From Bacteroides sp. CAG:927 (GTDB lineage: Bacteria > Bacteroidota > Bacteroidia > Bacteroidales > Muribaculaceae): DNA of 64,000 nucleotides. Shown here piece after piece: positions 30,778 to 40,412 of the stretch; position 1 is the first letter of the stretch; each line of letters starts with the position of its first letter. A program made the position numbers and the translations under genes. Location of the stretch: the NCBI GenBank assembly GCA_000431155.1, contig HF985638.1:20262-84261 (forward strand), read 5' to 3'. Below the pieces are notes generated by a model, which did no database searches, was not told the origin of the DNA, and saw only the letters and a program-made list of their open reading frames with translations.

Positions 30778-31950
30778 ATGTTAGGGAATTTCATATATTA
30801 TAATCCTACGAAAGTTTATTTTGGAGATAAAATCCAAAAGATTCTGAGGGAAGAATTGAAAAATTACGGCCCGAAAGTGCTTTTGATTTATGGTAACGGT
30901 TCCATCAAAACCAACGGCATCTACAAAGAAATTACATCCATTTTACAGGCTGCAGGGAAAGATGTGATAGAATTCCCCGGTGTCATGCCCAATCCAACGA
31001 CAGATAAGCTCTACGAGGGTGCTAAAGTCGCTTGTGATAATGACGTGGATTTGATTTTGGCTGTAGGCGGAGGTTCGACTATCGACTTTGCCAAGGCTGT
31101 AAGTGTTTCGGCATGGTATGACGGAGACCCATGGGAAAAGTTCTATATCAAACAGGAGAATCCAGACAGTGATCAACGTATCATACCTGTCGGTTGCGTA
31201 TTGACGATGGCTGGTACCGGTTCGGAAATGAACGGTGGCTCGGTCATTACCAATCATAAGACAAAACAAAAAATCGGTAAGGGTTTCGGAATAAATGGAA
31301 CGCCAAAATTCTCCATACTCAATCCTCGCTATACAATCTCTGTTCCGAAGTATCAGATGGTAGCAGGAATCTTTGATACTATGAGTCATATTATGGAGCA
31401 ATATTTCTCTGGGACAGATGATAATACGTCTGACTATATGGCAGAAGGACTGATGCGTTCTCTCATACATAGTAGTAGGATTGCAGTGAAGAATCCGAAC
31501 GATTATGACGCCCGTTCCAATATTATGTGGACTGCTACATGGGCATTGAACTCTTTTATAGGAAAAGAGAAAAGCCAAGATTGGATGGTACATATGATTG
31601 GTCAGGCTATTGGGGCATATACCGATTCCACACATGGAATGACTCTCTCGGCAGTCTCTATCGCTTACTATCGTCATATACTCCCATTTGGGTTGAAAAA
31701 GTTCGCACGATTCGCAACTAATGTATGGAATATCCCCGCAACCAACAAATCAGAAGAACAGCTTGCTAACGAAGGATTGGATGCTTTGTATGAGTGGATG
31801 ATAGAACTCGGCGTTACTACAAAAGTCAGTGCGTTAGGCGTTACAGAGGATATGCTGAACAGTATTGTCAATGCAGCATTTATTCTGGACGGAGGATTTA
31901 AAACCCTGACGCGGAAAGATGTCATATCCATACTGCGTGAAAGTCTTTGA
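30778..31950 (+). CDS. iron-containing alcohol dehydrogenase (BdhA/YqhD-like)
   Basis: GGGSxxD motif (AVGGGSTIDFAKA) and conserved His-rich metal site. About 65 percent identical by eye to the paralog at 37719. Confidence 0.8.
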   Translation: MLGNFIYYNPTKVYFGDKIQKILREELKNYGPKVLLIYGNGSIKTNGIYKEITSILQAAGKDVIEFPGVMPNPTTDKLYEGAKVACDNDVDLILAVGGGSTIDFAKAVSVSAWYDGDPWEKFYIKQENPDSDQRIIPVGCVLTMAGTGSEMNGGSVITNHKTKQKIGKGFGINGTPKFSILNPRYTISVPKYQMVAGIFDTMSHIMEQYFSGTDDNTSDYMAEGLMRSLIHSSRIAVKNPNDYDARSNIMWTATWALNSFIGKEKSQDWMVHMIGQAIGAYTDSTHGMTLSAVSIAYYRHILPFGLKKFARFATNVWNIPATNKSEEQLANEGLDALYEWMIELGVTTKVSALGVTEDMLNSIVNAAFILDGGFKTLTRKDVISILRESL

Positions 31951-32197
31951 CAAGTATATGAATATAACAATTCATAAAGCGAAGTTCAAACTCATTCTGA
32001 ATAAGAATTATTGAGAAATCCTACGATGCTCAAAATTTAATAAATAGGCAATTTCAATCGAATTGCCTATTTATATATTATTCTGTAATAGGGGTTGTCA
32101 TCTCAGTAATCCATATACCATTCTAATTGTGGTTTTGATATAATTTTGCAAATATGAAAACAAGAAAGATCATTATTTGCACCAATATTTTTCTGAT

Positions 32198-32893
32198 ATG
32201 GAGAGACGAAAATTTTTAAGAAATAGTTTACTGACTGCTGGAGGAATTCTACTCAGCGGATCGGTTATTTCCCGTATTCTGAAAGACAACAAACCAGATG
32301 ATGCCCCTCGTCCCACGATAATAGAAAAAATATGCCACGGGAATGGTAAAAATGTTCTTGTGCTTATGAGTGCGGGTACTCGGCAGGGAAATACAGACCG
32401 GCTGACAGATGCCTATATAAGAGGCGTGTCTGAGAAAGGGCACAGTGTGACTAAAATATATTTGGGGAGTATGCGTATGGCGGGATGCAGAGGATGTGGT
32501 GCTTGCCAACGTAATGGAAATCGATGTGTTGTACAAGATGATATGCAACAGATTTATTCGCTTTTTACTGCATGCGATACACTGGTGATGGCTTCGCCGC
32601 TCTATTTCTGGACTATCACAGCTAAATTGAAGTCTTTTATCGAGCGACTTTACGCGATATCTGTTGACGATAAATATCCCGAAAAAGAAACCGTATTGTT
32701 AATGACTTCCGGTGATAATAACAAGAATACTTTTGATCACGCTTTGAGTTATTTCCATATTATCAGCGATGTGTTAGGAGGGAAAGAGGTCGGAACTTAT
32801 CTGGCAGGAGGTTGTACAGGATGTGAAAATATTGCCCGTCAAATAGCCCCTGAACATATTGAAAAAGCCTACTTAATGGGATTGGAATTATAA
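32198..32893 (+). CDS. NADPH-dependent FMN reductase / iron-sulfur flavoprotein-like, with a Tat-type signal
   Basis: N-terminal RRKFLRNSLLTAGG twin-arginine motif, a flavodoxin-like fold and a Cys cluster (CRGCGAC). The alternative upstream ATG is at 32177. Confidence 0.55.
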   Translation: MERRKFLRNSLLTAGGILLSGSVISRILKDNKPDDAPRPTIIEKICHGNGKNVLVLMSAGTRQGNTDRLTDAYIRGVSEKGHSVTKIYLGSMRMAGCRGCGACQRNGNRCVVQDDMQQIYSLFTACDTLVMASPLYFWTITAKLKSFIERLYAISVDDKYPEKETVLLMTSGDNNKNTFDHALSYFHIISDVLGGKEVGTYLAGGCTGCENIARQIAPEHIEKAYLMGLEL

Positions 32894-32912
32894 CCATAAA
32901 AATAGAACCGAT

Positions 32913-33461
32913 ATGAACCGATATGCTTTTATAATAGTCATGCTGTATGTTGCTGCAGTATTATCGCTGACTTCATGCAATCCTGATGATGAACCTGCAA
33001 TAGTTAATAAGGATACTGTCTTGACTCCCGGCAACGATAATTCAGAAAATGGTGACGATAAAAACGAGAATGGCAACACAAATAGTGGAGGAGAACATCA
33101 AATGAATAGAAACATTATAGTTCGTGTAGGCGATCGGAGTTTTGCCGCAAAACTTGAAAACAATGCAACCGCACATGCCTTCGCAACATTACTACCAATG
33201 ACGGTAACTATGAATGAGATGAATGGTAATGAAAAATACCATTATTTATCAGAGAACCTGCCTACAAATAATTATCGTCCGGGAACAATCAATAATGGTG
33301 ATCTGATGCTTTATGGTTCCAATTGTTTAGTTATCTTTTATGAGACGTTTGCATCGTCTTACAGCTACACCCGTTTAGGAAGGCTTGATAATCCGTCGGA
33401 GCTGGCTTCGGCTCTTGGACGAAGCAATGTGGTCGTAACTTTTGAAACCAGTAATAACTAA
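32913..33461 (+). CDS. cyclophilin-like-fold lipoprotein of unknown function
   Basis: LTSC lipobox. Paralogous to the protein at 37145 (shared segments include GDLMLYGSNCLVIFY vs GDIMLYQGDNIVIFY). Confidence 0.4.
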   Translation: MNRYAFIIVMLYVAAVLSLTSCNPDDEPAIVNKDTVLTPGNDNSENGDDKNENGNTNSGGEHQMNRNIIVRVGDRSFAAKLENNATAHAFATLLPMTVTMNEMNGNEKYHYLSENLPTNNYRPGTINNGDLMLYGSNCLVIFYETFASSYSYTRLGRLDNPSELASALGRSNVVVTFETSNN

Positions 33462-33474
33462 AACAATATATTAA

Positions 33475-34323
33475 ATGAAACTTATTAAAGATACTGAGTT
33501 CGAGGGAGAACGTCCCTTGTTTGAATCACATGACCTCCGTCTGGAGAATGTGATTATTCGTGCCGGAGAATCTGCCATCAAAGAGTGCAGCAACATCGAA
33601 GCGATCAAATGCCGTTTTGAGGGTAATTACCCTTTCTGGCATGTACATGTTCTCAAAATTGACCGTTGCTATTTCGATGTCGGAGGTCGTTCTGCCTTGT
33701 GGTATTGTGATAATCTAAAGATGACGGATACCATAATTGATGCCCCGAAAATGTTCCGGGAAATAAGTGAAATGGACATCGAAAATGTTGTTATGAATGA
33801 TGCCGATGAGGTGTTTTGGCGTTGTAACAAAATCCGCATAAAGAATCTCAAATTGCATGGCGGCACTTATCCTTTCATGTTCAGCAACGACATTTATGTG
33901 GACGGGTTGGAGAGTGATAGCAAGTATGTGTTCCAATATGTGAAGAATGTGGAAATCCACAATGCAAGAATTACGACAAAGGATGCTTTTTGGGAAACGG
34001 AGAATGTAACGATTTACGATTCCGAACTCAATGGCGAATACCTTGGCTGGCACTCGAAGAATTTACGACTGATTAACTGCCATATAACTGGAGAACAACC
34101 GCTTTGCTATGCACATGATCTTATTCTTGAAAATTGCACATTTGGTTCTGATTGTGATCGGGCTTTTGAGTACAGTTCATTACAAGCCGATATTCGCGGA
34201 GCTATCACCAATATCAAAAACCCGATGTCTGGACGCATTGTAGCCGACAAGATAGGTTCGATAACAATAGACAATAACATCAAGGCTCCAGCAGATTGTC
34301 AAATCTGTATCAGAAACGAATAA
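33475..34323 (+). CDS. DUF3737-like protein
   Basis: 282 aa with no obvious catalytic motif. Co-directional in the cassette. Confidence 0.4.
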   Translation: MKLIKDTEFEGERPLFESHDLRLENVIIRAGESAIKECSNIEAIKCRFEGNYPFWHVHVLKIDRCYFDVGGRSALWYCDNLKMTDTIIDAPKMFREISEMDIENVVMNDADEVFWRCNKIRIKNLKLHGGTYPFMFSNDIYVDGLESDSKYVFQYVKNVEIHNARITTKDAFWETENVTIYDSELNGEYLGWHSKNLRLINCHITGEQPLCYAHDLILENCTFGSDCDRAFEYSSLQADIRGAITNIKNPMSGRIVADKIGSITIDNNIKAPADCQICIRNE

Positions 34324-34408
34324 TCCTGTTTACAATGCAGACCTCGAAATCATGAAAAGTCATTAAATTGATTTATCATGATGTTCTATACAATTGCCCA
34401 GTTCGTGG

Positions 34409-35329
34409 TTATTGATTACGCTTTTGCATTTGTTTTCTGAATTCGGTAGGACTTTGTTTTGTAATCCTTTTGAAAAGACGCGCAAAGTGCTGAGGATGCT
34501 GAAATCCAAGCTCATAGGCTATAATGCTTATATCGTCGTTTGTTGAAGCAAGACGATGCTTGGCTCTTAAAACGACATAATTTGCAATAAATTCCTGAGC
34601 TGTAGCACCAGACCCTTTTTTTACCAAATCACCAAAATAACCGGGCGTAAGATTGGCAAGTTCGGCGAAATAAGAAACAGTAGGGATTCCTTCATATCCA
34701 CGCCCGCTTTCATAGTATTCTTTGAGATTTTTTTCAAACATACTTATTACCGCTGAATTGGCTTTCTTGCGCGTAATGAACTGACGTTCATAAAATCTTG
34801 CGAGATAATCAAGCAATACCAAAATCTGACTGGATATCACATCTGATGAATGATTGTCAATAGGATATTCCACTTCGCGCTTTATTCTATCAAGACACTC
34901 CATAAAGAGAGCCTTTTCCGAGCCGGATAGATGCAGAGCTTCTCGCTCAGAATAATCAAAAAAAGAATATCTGCTTATTTTATCACCGAGTGGTGTGCGG
35001 TAAATCAGGTCTGGATGGAACAACACCCCTACGACATCAGGTCTAATTTCATCGTTTTCAGAGTCAATACCAATAATCTGCCCGGGAGAGAAACAAACGA
35101 CCGTACCATCCTGATAGTCGTATGGCTGAAGACCATATCTCAGTTTACAGGAAATTTCATTTTTGAAGAACACAGCATATACATTATAGTCAATATTAAC
35201 GTGGTTGACGACATTCTTAGCTTGCTTCAAATCAATGACTGTTGCAAGAGGATTGTAAGTATCAAGTCCATAGAGCTTGTTGTAGGTATCTATGGAGTCA
35301 AGTCTTATTATGTTATTTGTATTTCCCAT
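34409..35329 (-). CDS. AraC-family transcriptional regulator
   Basis: Third paralog of the same AraC subfamily. Closes the AT-rich island. Confidence 0.8.
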   Translation of the reverse strand: MGNTNNIIRLDSIDTYNKLYGLDTYNPLATVIDLKQAKNVVNHVNIDYNVYAVFFKNEISCKLRYGLQPYDYQDGTVVCFSPGQIIGIDSENDEIRPDVVGVLFHPDLIYRTPLGDKISRYSFFDYSEREALHLSGSEKALFMECLDRIKREVEYPIDNHSSDVISSQILVLLDYLARFYERQFITRKKANSAVISMFEKNLKEYYESGRGYEGIPTVSYFAELANLTPGYFGDLVKKGSGATAQEFIANYVVLRAKHRLASTNDDISIIAYELGFQHPQHFARLFKRITKQSPTEFRKQMQKRNQ

Positions 35330-35482
35330 GATGCAAATTTACTCATTTTCCCGTCAATTAATACGGTGATTTGAAATATGGGTACACATTACCCAAATAG
35401 AGGTCTGAATTGGCGTATATCTCTTGTTAACTTTGCATTATCCAATTTTGTTGTTAAATCAGAAATAAAATCATAAATTAAA

Positions 35483-36055
35483 ATGAAGAAATTCGTAGCA
35501 TCAATCATGGCTGTTCTGGCACTATCTCTTACAGCCTGTGCCGGTAACACAGACGGCAGTTCGTCAGATAATGCCAAACCTAATTCCGTCCTTGTGGCAT
35601 ATTTTTCTGCTCAGGGGCATACCAAGGCATTGGCCGAGAAAATTTCTGTAGCAACCGATGGCACTCTATTTGAGATAGAGCCGGTGACCCCCTATACAGA
35701 AGCAGATCTCGATGGATGGAATGACAGTGCCCGAGGAACAAGAGAATCGAAAGACCGAACCACTCGGCCCGAGATAAAAAACAAGGTAAACGACTTTGAA
35801 AAATACGACACGATATATCTCGGTTTCCCAATATGGTGGTACACCGCACCGACCATCATTAACACATTTCTTGAAGGCTACAACACTGCCGGAAAGACAA
35901 TAATTCCATTTGCTACCTCAGGCGGGAGCGGCTTCGGCGATACAGAAAAAGACCTGAAAGTATCGGCTCCTGATGCAAAATTCAACCCCGGGAAAGTAAT
36001 CAACAATGCTACTCAGCAACAAGTGAATGAATGGGTTAAAACCGTAAGCAATTAA
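35483..36055 (+). CDS. flavodoxin lipoprotein
   Basis: LTAC lipobox and a flavodoxin FMN-binding signature (YFSAQGHTK...). Confidence 0.65.
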   Translation: MKKFVASIMAVLALSLTACAGNTDGSSSDNAKPNSVLVAYFSAQGHTKALAEKISVATDGTLFEIEPVTPYTEADLDGWNDSARGTRESKDRTTRPEIKNKVNDFEKYDTIYLGFPIWWYTAPTIINTFLEGYNTAGKTIIPFATSGGSGFGDTEKDLKVSAPDAKFNPGKVINNATQQQVNEWVKTVSN

Positions 36056-36060
36056 ATAAT

Positions 36061-37125
36061 ATGAGAACTATAAAATATGTCGTCGCCATCATTGCGACAT
36101 TTACTTCATTTATGGCAACTGCACAAACTACATATAAATATAACAAGCCGGCTGGAGCCGACAATTTCTATCATACCTACTCGGCGAGAGAAAGTCAGGT
36201 ATCTTTCCTCAACCAGTATAAAATGAAGGTCGCAGGCACTCTTTTTATTCCTAATTCATTGAAAGATGGCGAAAAATATCCGGCAATCATCGTAGGACAC
36301 CCTATGGGAGCCGTGAAAGAGCAAAGTGCCTTACTGTATGCTCAAAAAATGGCAGAAGCAGGCTTTGTGTCTCTCGCTATAGACTTGCCTTTTTGGGGAG
36401 AAAGCGAGGGAGAACCCCGTAATGCCGTAAGCCCCGATATGTATGCAGAGGCATTTAGTGCCGCTGTTGACTATCTCGGCACACGTCCGTTTGTAAACCG
36501 TGACGAGATAGGCGTGATTGGTATTTGCGGCAGCGGCAGTTTTGCAATCAGTGCAGCCAAAATCGACCCGCGACTCAAGGCTGTGGCTACGGTTAGCATG
36601 TATAACATGGGAAATGCCAATCGTCACGGTCTTAAAAAATCGCTTTCTCTTGACCAACGCAAAGCGATTATAGCAGAGGCTGCAGAACGCAGATACGCTG
36701 AATTTGAAGGAGCGACTACGGAGTTGACAGGCGGAACTGCTGATGAATGGAGCGATACTCTTGATCCAGTACAGAAAGAATTCTATGATTTTTATCGCAC
36801 TCCTCGCGGACAATATACCCCCGAAGGAGCGACACCGAAAACCACAACACATCCTACTCTGACTTCAAACGTGAAATTTATGAATTTCTATCCGTTTGAA
36901 GATATCGAGACTATATCTCCACGTCCAATGCTATTTATCACCGGGGCTGATGCCCATTCAAGGGAATTCAGCGAGGATGCCTATGCGCGTGCTGCCGAAC
37001 CCAAGGAGTTAATCGTAGTACCCGGAGCCGGACACGTAGATTTGTATGACCGCACCGATCTTATTCCTTTTGAAAAACTGATTAGTTTTTTCAAAACAAA
37101 TCTCGTTGAAAGTCAATCACATTAA
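36061..37125 (+). CDS. alpha/beta hydrolase (paralog of the protein at 29852)
   Basis: Signal peptide; GICGSGSFA nucleophile elbow and C-terminal GAGHVD. Confidence 0.6.
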   Translation: MRTIKYVVAIIATFTSFMATAQTTYKYNKPAGADNFYHTYSARESQVSFLNQYKMKVAGTLFIPNSLKDGEKYPAIIVGHPMGAVKEQSALLYAQKMAEAGFVSLAIDLPFWGESEGEPRNAVSPDMYAEAFSAAVDYLGTRPFVNRDEIGVIGICGSGSFAISAAKIDPRLKAVATVSMYNMGNANRHGLKKSLSLDQRKAIIAEAAERRYAEFEGATTELTGGTADEWSDTLDPVQKEFYDFYRTPRGQYTPEGATPKTTTHPTLTSNVKFMNFYPFEDIETISPRPMLFITGADAHSREFSEDAYARAAEPKELIVVPGAGHVDLYDRTDLIPFEKLISFFKTNLVESQSH

Positions 37126-37144
37126 AATAACAAGTATTTGACCT

Positions 37145-37711
37145 ATGAAAAACCTCGGTTTATTCATATCCATTATACTGACAGCACTCATGGCAAACGC
37201 GCAAAATAAAATAGAAATCATAGCAAACGGCCAGACCATGACCGCCACACTTGCCGACACCGAAGCAGCCAGACAACTGCTTACTCGGCTTGATAACGGC
37301 CCTGTTACAATCAGAATGAACGATTACGGCGGCTTTGAAAAAGTGGGGAGCCTCCCTTGGTCGCTCCCTGCATCCAACCGTCAGATTACAACTACAGCCG
37401 GAGACATAATGCTCTATCAGGGTGATAACATCGTGATATTTTACGGTTCCAACTCATGGTCGTACACTCCTCTTGGCCGTATTGACGGAGCCGGTGTCTC
37501 TGAAATCCGCGATTTCCTGTCGGGAAATTCAATCAATGTGACATTTGCAAAACAAGGGCAATCAGGAATCGATGACATCACTGCCGATACAGACAAAGAG
37601 CCTGAGATATACACTTTGCAAGGTCGTAGAATCTCCCTTGCAGGACGGAAAATATCAGACCTGCCAAAAGGTATATATATCATAAACGGAAAGAAACAAC
37701 TCATAAAATGA
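37145..37711 (+). CDS. cyclophilin-like-fold secreted protein (paralog of the protein at 32913)
   Basis: Signal peptide and shared conserved segments with the 32913 protein. Confidence 0.4.
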   Translation: MKNLGLFISIILTALMANAQNKIEIIANGQTMTATLADTEAARQLLTRLDNGPVTIRMNDYGGFEKVGSLPWSLPASNRQITTTAGDIMLYQGDNIVIFYGSNSWSYTPLGRIDGAGVSEIRDFLSGNSINVTFAKQGQSGIDDITADTDKEPEIYTLQGRRISLAGRKISDLPKGIYIINGKKQLIK

Positions 37712-37718
37712 CCAGATT

Positions 37719-38891
37719 ATGTTAGAAAATTTCATATATGCCAACCCCACTAAGTTATTCTTCGGTGACGAGGCTCAGAAAAATCTCGCAAAAGCTCTCA
37801 TGCCTTTCGGGAAAAAGGTATTACTCACTTATGGCGGAGGATCTATCAAGCGCAATGGAGTCTATGATGATGTCATCTCCGCGCTCAAATCCGCCGGTAA
37901 AGAAGTGGTGGAACTACCCGGCGTAATGCCTAATCCTACGGTAGAAAAATTGAACGAGGGCATTAAGGTTGCGCGTGAGAACAACGTGGATTTCATTCTT
38001 GCCGTAGGCGGAGGCTCGACAATCGACTATGCCAAAGCTGTCAGCGTTTCGGCGTGGTATGACGGCGACGCATGGCAGCGATTCTGGGTAAGACAGGAAG
38101 ACCCGACACCCGGTGAAAGAATAATCCCGGTAGGTGCTGTTCTGACAATGGCCGGCACCGGTTCGGAGATGAACGGAGGCTCGGTAATCACCAACCACGC
38201 CGCCAAGATGAAAATCGGCAAAGTATTCGGTGAGGATGTGATGCCGAAGTTTGCAGTGCTCAATCCAAAATATACTTTCAGTCTGCCACAACGCCAGATG
38301 GTAGCCGGAATATTCGACACCATGAGCCACATTCTGGAACAGTATTTCTCCGGCGATGACGACAGTACATCCGATTATCTCGCCGAAGGACTTATGCGCT
38401 CTGTAATCGCATCGAGCCGCGTAGCTGTTAAAAATCCGGAGGATTATGAAGCCCGCTCCAACCTCATGTGGTCGGCCACATGGGCACTCAACACCCTCAT
38501 CGGCGAGGGCAAACCACAGGACTGGATGGTACACATGATAGGTCAGGCTATAGGTGCATATACTGATGCCACTCACGGCATGACTCTTTCCGGTGTATCA
38601 GTGGCATACTACCGCCACATCATGAGATACGGGCTGAAACGCTTCGTGCGTTTTGCAGAAGTCGTATGGGGCGTTCTTCCTGAAGGAAAGACTGATGAGC
38701 AGATTGCTTCCGCGGGTATTGAGGCTCTTGAATCATGGATAAAGGAAATAGGCGCAGCTTCCGATATATCATCGCTCGGTGTCACACCTGATATGATCGA
38801 CGGAATTGCTGATTCCACCATCATTCTCACAGGCGGCTATAAGACGCTTGACCATGCCGAGATTGTTGACATACTTCGTAATAGCCTCTGA
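37719..38891 (+). CDS. iron-containing alcohol dehydrogenase (paralog of the protein at 30778)
   Basis: AVGGGSTIDYAKA, same length (390 aa) as the paralog. Confidence 0.8.
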   Translation: MLENFIYANPTKLFFGDEAQKNLAKALMPFGKKVLLTYGGGSIKRNGVYDDVISALKSAGKEVVELPGVMPNPTVEKLNEGIKVARENNVDFILAVGGGSTIDYAKAVSVSAWYDGDAWQRFWVRQEDPTPGERIIPVGAVLTMAGTGSEMNGGSVITNHAAKMKIGKVFGEDVMPKFAVLNPKYTFSLPQRQMVAGIFDTMSHILEQYFSGDDDSTSDYLAEGLMRSVIASSRVAVKNPEDYEARSNLMWSATWALNTLIGEGKPQDWMVHMIGQAIGAYTDATHGMTLSGVSVAYYRHIMRYGLKRFVRFAEVVWGVLPEGKTDEQIASAGIEALESWIKEIGAASDISSLGVTPDMIDGIADSTIILTGGYKTLDHAEIVDILRNSL

Positions 38892-38893
38892 CT

Positions 38894-39430
38894 ATGAAAA
38901 AGGTACTTATAATATCAACATCTTTGCGAAGTGTCAGCAATTCGCATGCACTTGCAGAGGCTTTTGCCAGAGGAGCGCATGAAGGTGGTAACGATGTGGA
39001 AATCGTCACATTGCACCATAAGGAAATAAAATACTGCATCGGCTGTCTCTCGTGTGTCAAGACCGGAAAATGTGTAATTGCTGACGATGCGCCTGCAATA
39101 ATATCCAAAATGCACGATTCCGATATTCTGGTTTTTGCCACTCCTATCTATTATTATGAAATGTGTGGTCAGATGAAAACCTTGCTTGACCGTGCCAATC
39201 CACTTTATGGAGGAGATTACCGTTTTACTGATGTGTATCTTCTGACCAGCGCGGCCGAAGAAGAGGACTCCGTGCCAAAGAGAGCAGTCTCTGGTCTTGA
39301 AGGATGGATAGAATGTTTCGACCGTGCGTCGCTTGCCGGGACTGTATTCGCAGGTGGAGTAACTTCTCCGGGAGAAATAAGTGGACATCCGAGTCTTGAC
39401 AAAGCCCTTGAGATGGGACGAAATGTGTAG
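38894..39430 (+). CDS. NADPH-dependent FMN reductase / iron-sulfur flavoprotein family
   Basis: Flavodoxin-like fold and CxxC motif (CIGCLSC). Confidence 0.6.
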   Translation: MKKVLIISTSLRSVSNSHALAEAFARGAHEGGNDVEIVTLHHKEIKYCIGCLSCVKTGKCVIADDAPAIISKMHDSDILVFATPIYYYEMCGQMKTLLDRANPLYGGDYRFTDVYLLTSAAEEEDSVPKRAVSGLEGWIECFDRASLAGTVFAGGVTSPGEISGHPSLDKALEMGRNV

Positions 39431-39447
39431 TAAAAAATAATAAGATT

Positions 39448-40389
39448 ATGAAATTACCGGCAATTGCATTAGGAACATGGTCGTGGGGCTCAGGAGCAGC
39501 CGGAGGCGACCAAGTATTTGGCAACCATACTGATGCCGAAAGTCTGAAATCGGTTTTTGACGCGGCCTACAGCGATGGACTCACGATGTGGGACACCGCC
39601 ACTGTCTATGGCATGGGCTCGTCGGAAGATATTCTTGGCGGATTCATCAGTAACTATCCGCGCGACAAGTTTATAATTTCCACGAAGTTCACACCTCAGA
39701 TTGCGCCAGACACAGCCAACCCCGTCATGACGATGGCCGAAGAGAGCTGCAAACGTCTTCATACCGATTATATCGACATCTACTGGATTCACAATCCCGC
39801 CGACGTGGAACGCTGGACACCCGGCTTGATTCCTCTGCTGAAATCGGGTATAGTGAAACGTGTGGGCGTCTCTAACCACAATCTCGAACAGATAAAACGT
39901 GCCGACGAGATACTCAGAAGTGCCGGTTACAGGGTCTCAGCTGTACAAAATCATTTCAGCCTTCTCTACCGCTCTTCGGAGAAAGCCGGAATACTCGACT
40001 ACTGCAAGGCCAACGACATCGACTTTTTCGCATATATGTGTCTCGAACAGGGAGCCCTGACAGGTAAATTCGGCACCGCCAACCCGATGCCGGAAGGGAG
40101 TCAACGCGCTGCTACCTATAATCCTATCTTGCCGAAACTTGACAACCTCATCGCCGCCATGAAAAAGATTGGTGACGCCAAGGGCGCATCGGTCTCGCAG
40201 ATAGGCATAGCATACGCCATCAACAAAGGTTCTTACCCGATTATAGGTGTGACCAAACCGCGCCATGTGGAGGAAGCCTCCGCCGCCGCAAAAATTCAGT
40301 TGAGCGATGCGGAGATAGCAACACTTGAAACCCTCGCCGCCGAGACCGGTGTTGATACCAAAGGCTCGTGGGAGAATCACATGGCATAA
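39448..40389 (+). CDS. aldo/keto reductase
   Basis: AKR (alpha/beta)8-barrel signatures (GTWSWG, DTATVYG, IYWIHNP). Confidence 0.8.
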   Translation: MKLPAIALGTWSWGSGAAGGDQVFGNHTDAESLKSVFDAAYSDGLTMWDTATVYGMGSSEDILGGFISNYPRDKFIISTKFTPQIAPDTANPVMTMAEESCKRLHTDYIDIYWIHNPADVERWTPGLIPLLKSGIVKRVGVSNHNLEQIKRADEILRSAGYRVSAVQNHFSLLYRSSEKAGILDYCKANDIDFFAYMCLEQGALTGKFGTANPMPEGSQRAATYNPILPKLDNLIAAMKKIGDAKGASVSQIGIAYAINKGSYPIIGVTKPRHVEEASAAAKIQLSDAEIATLETLAAETGVDTKGSWENHMA

Positions 40390-40412
40390 TCACTCAAAAT
40401 CGAAGAATAACT

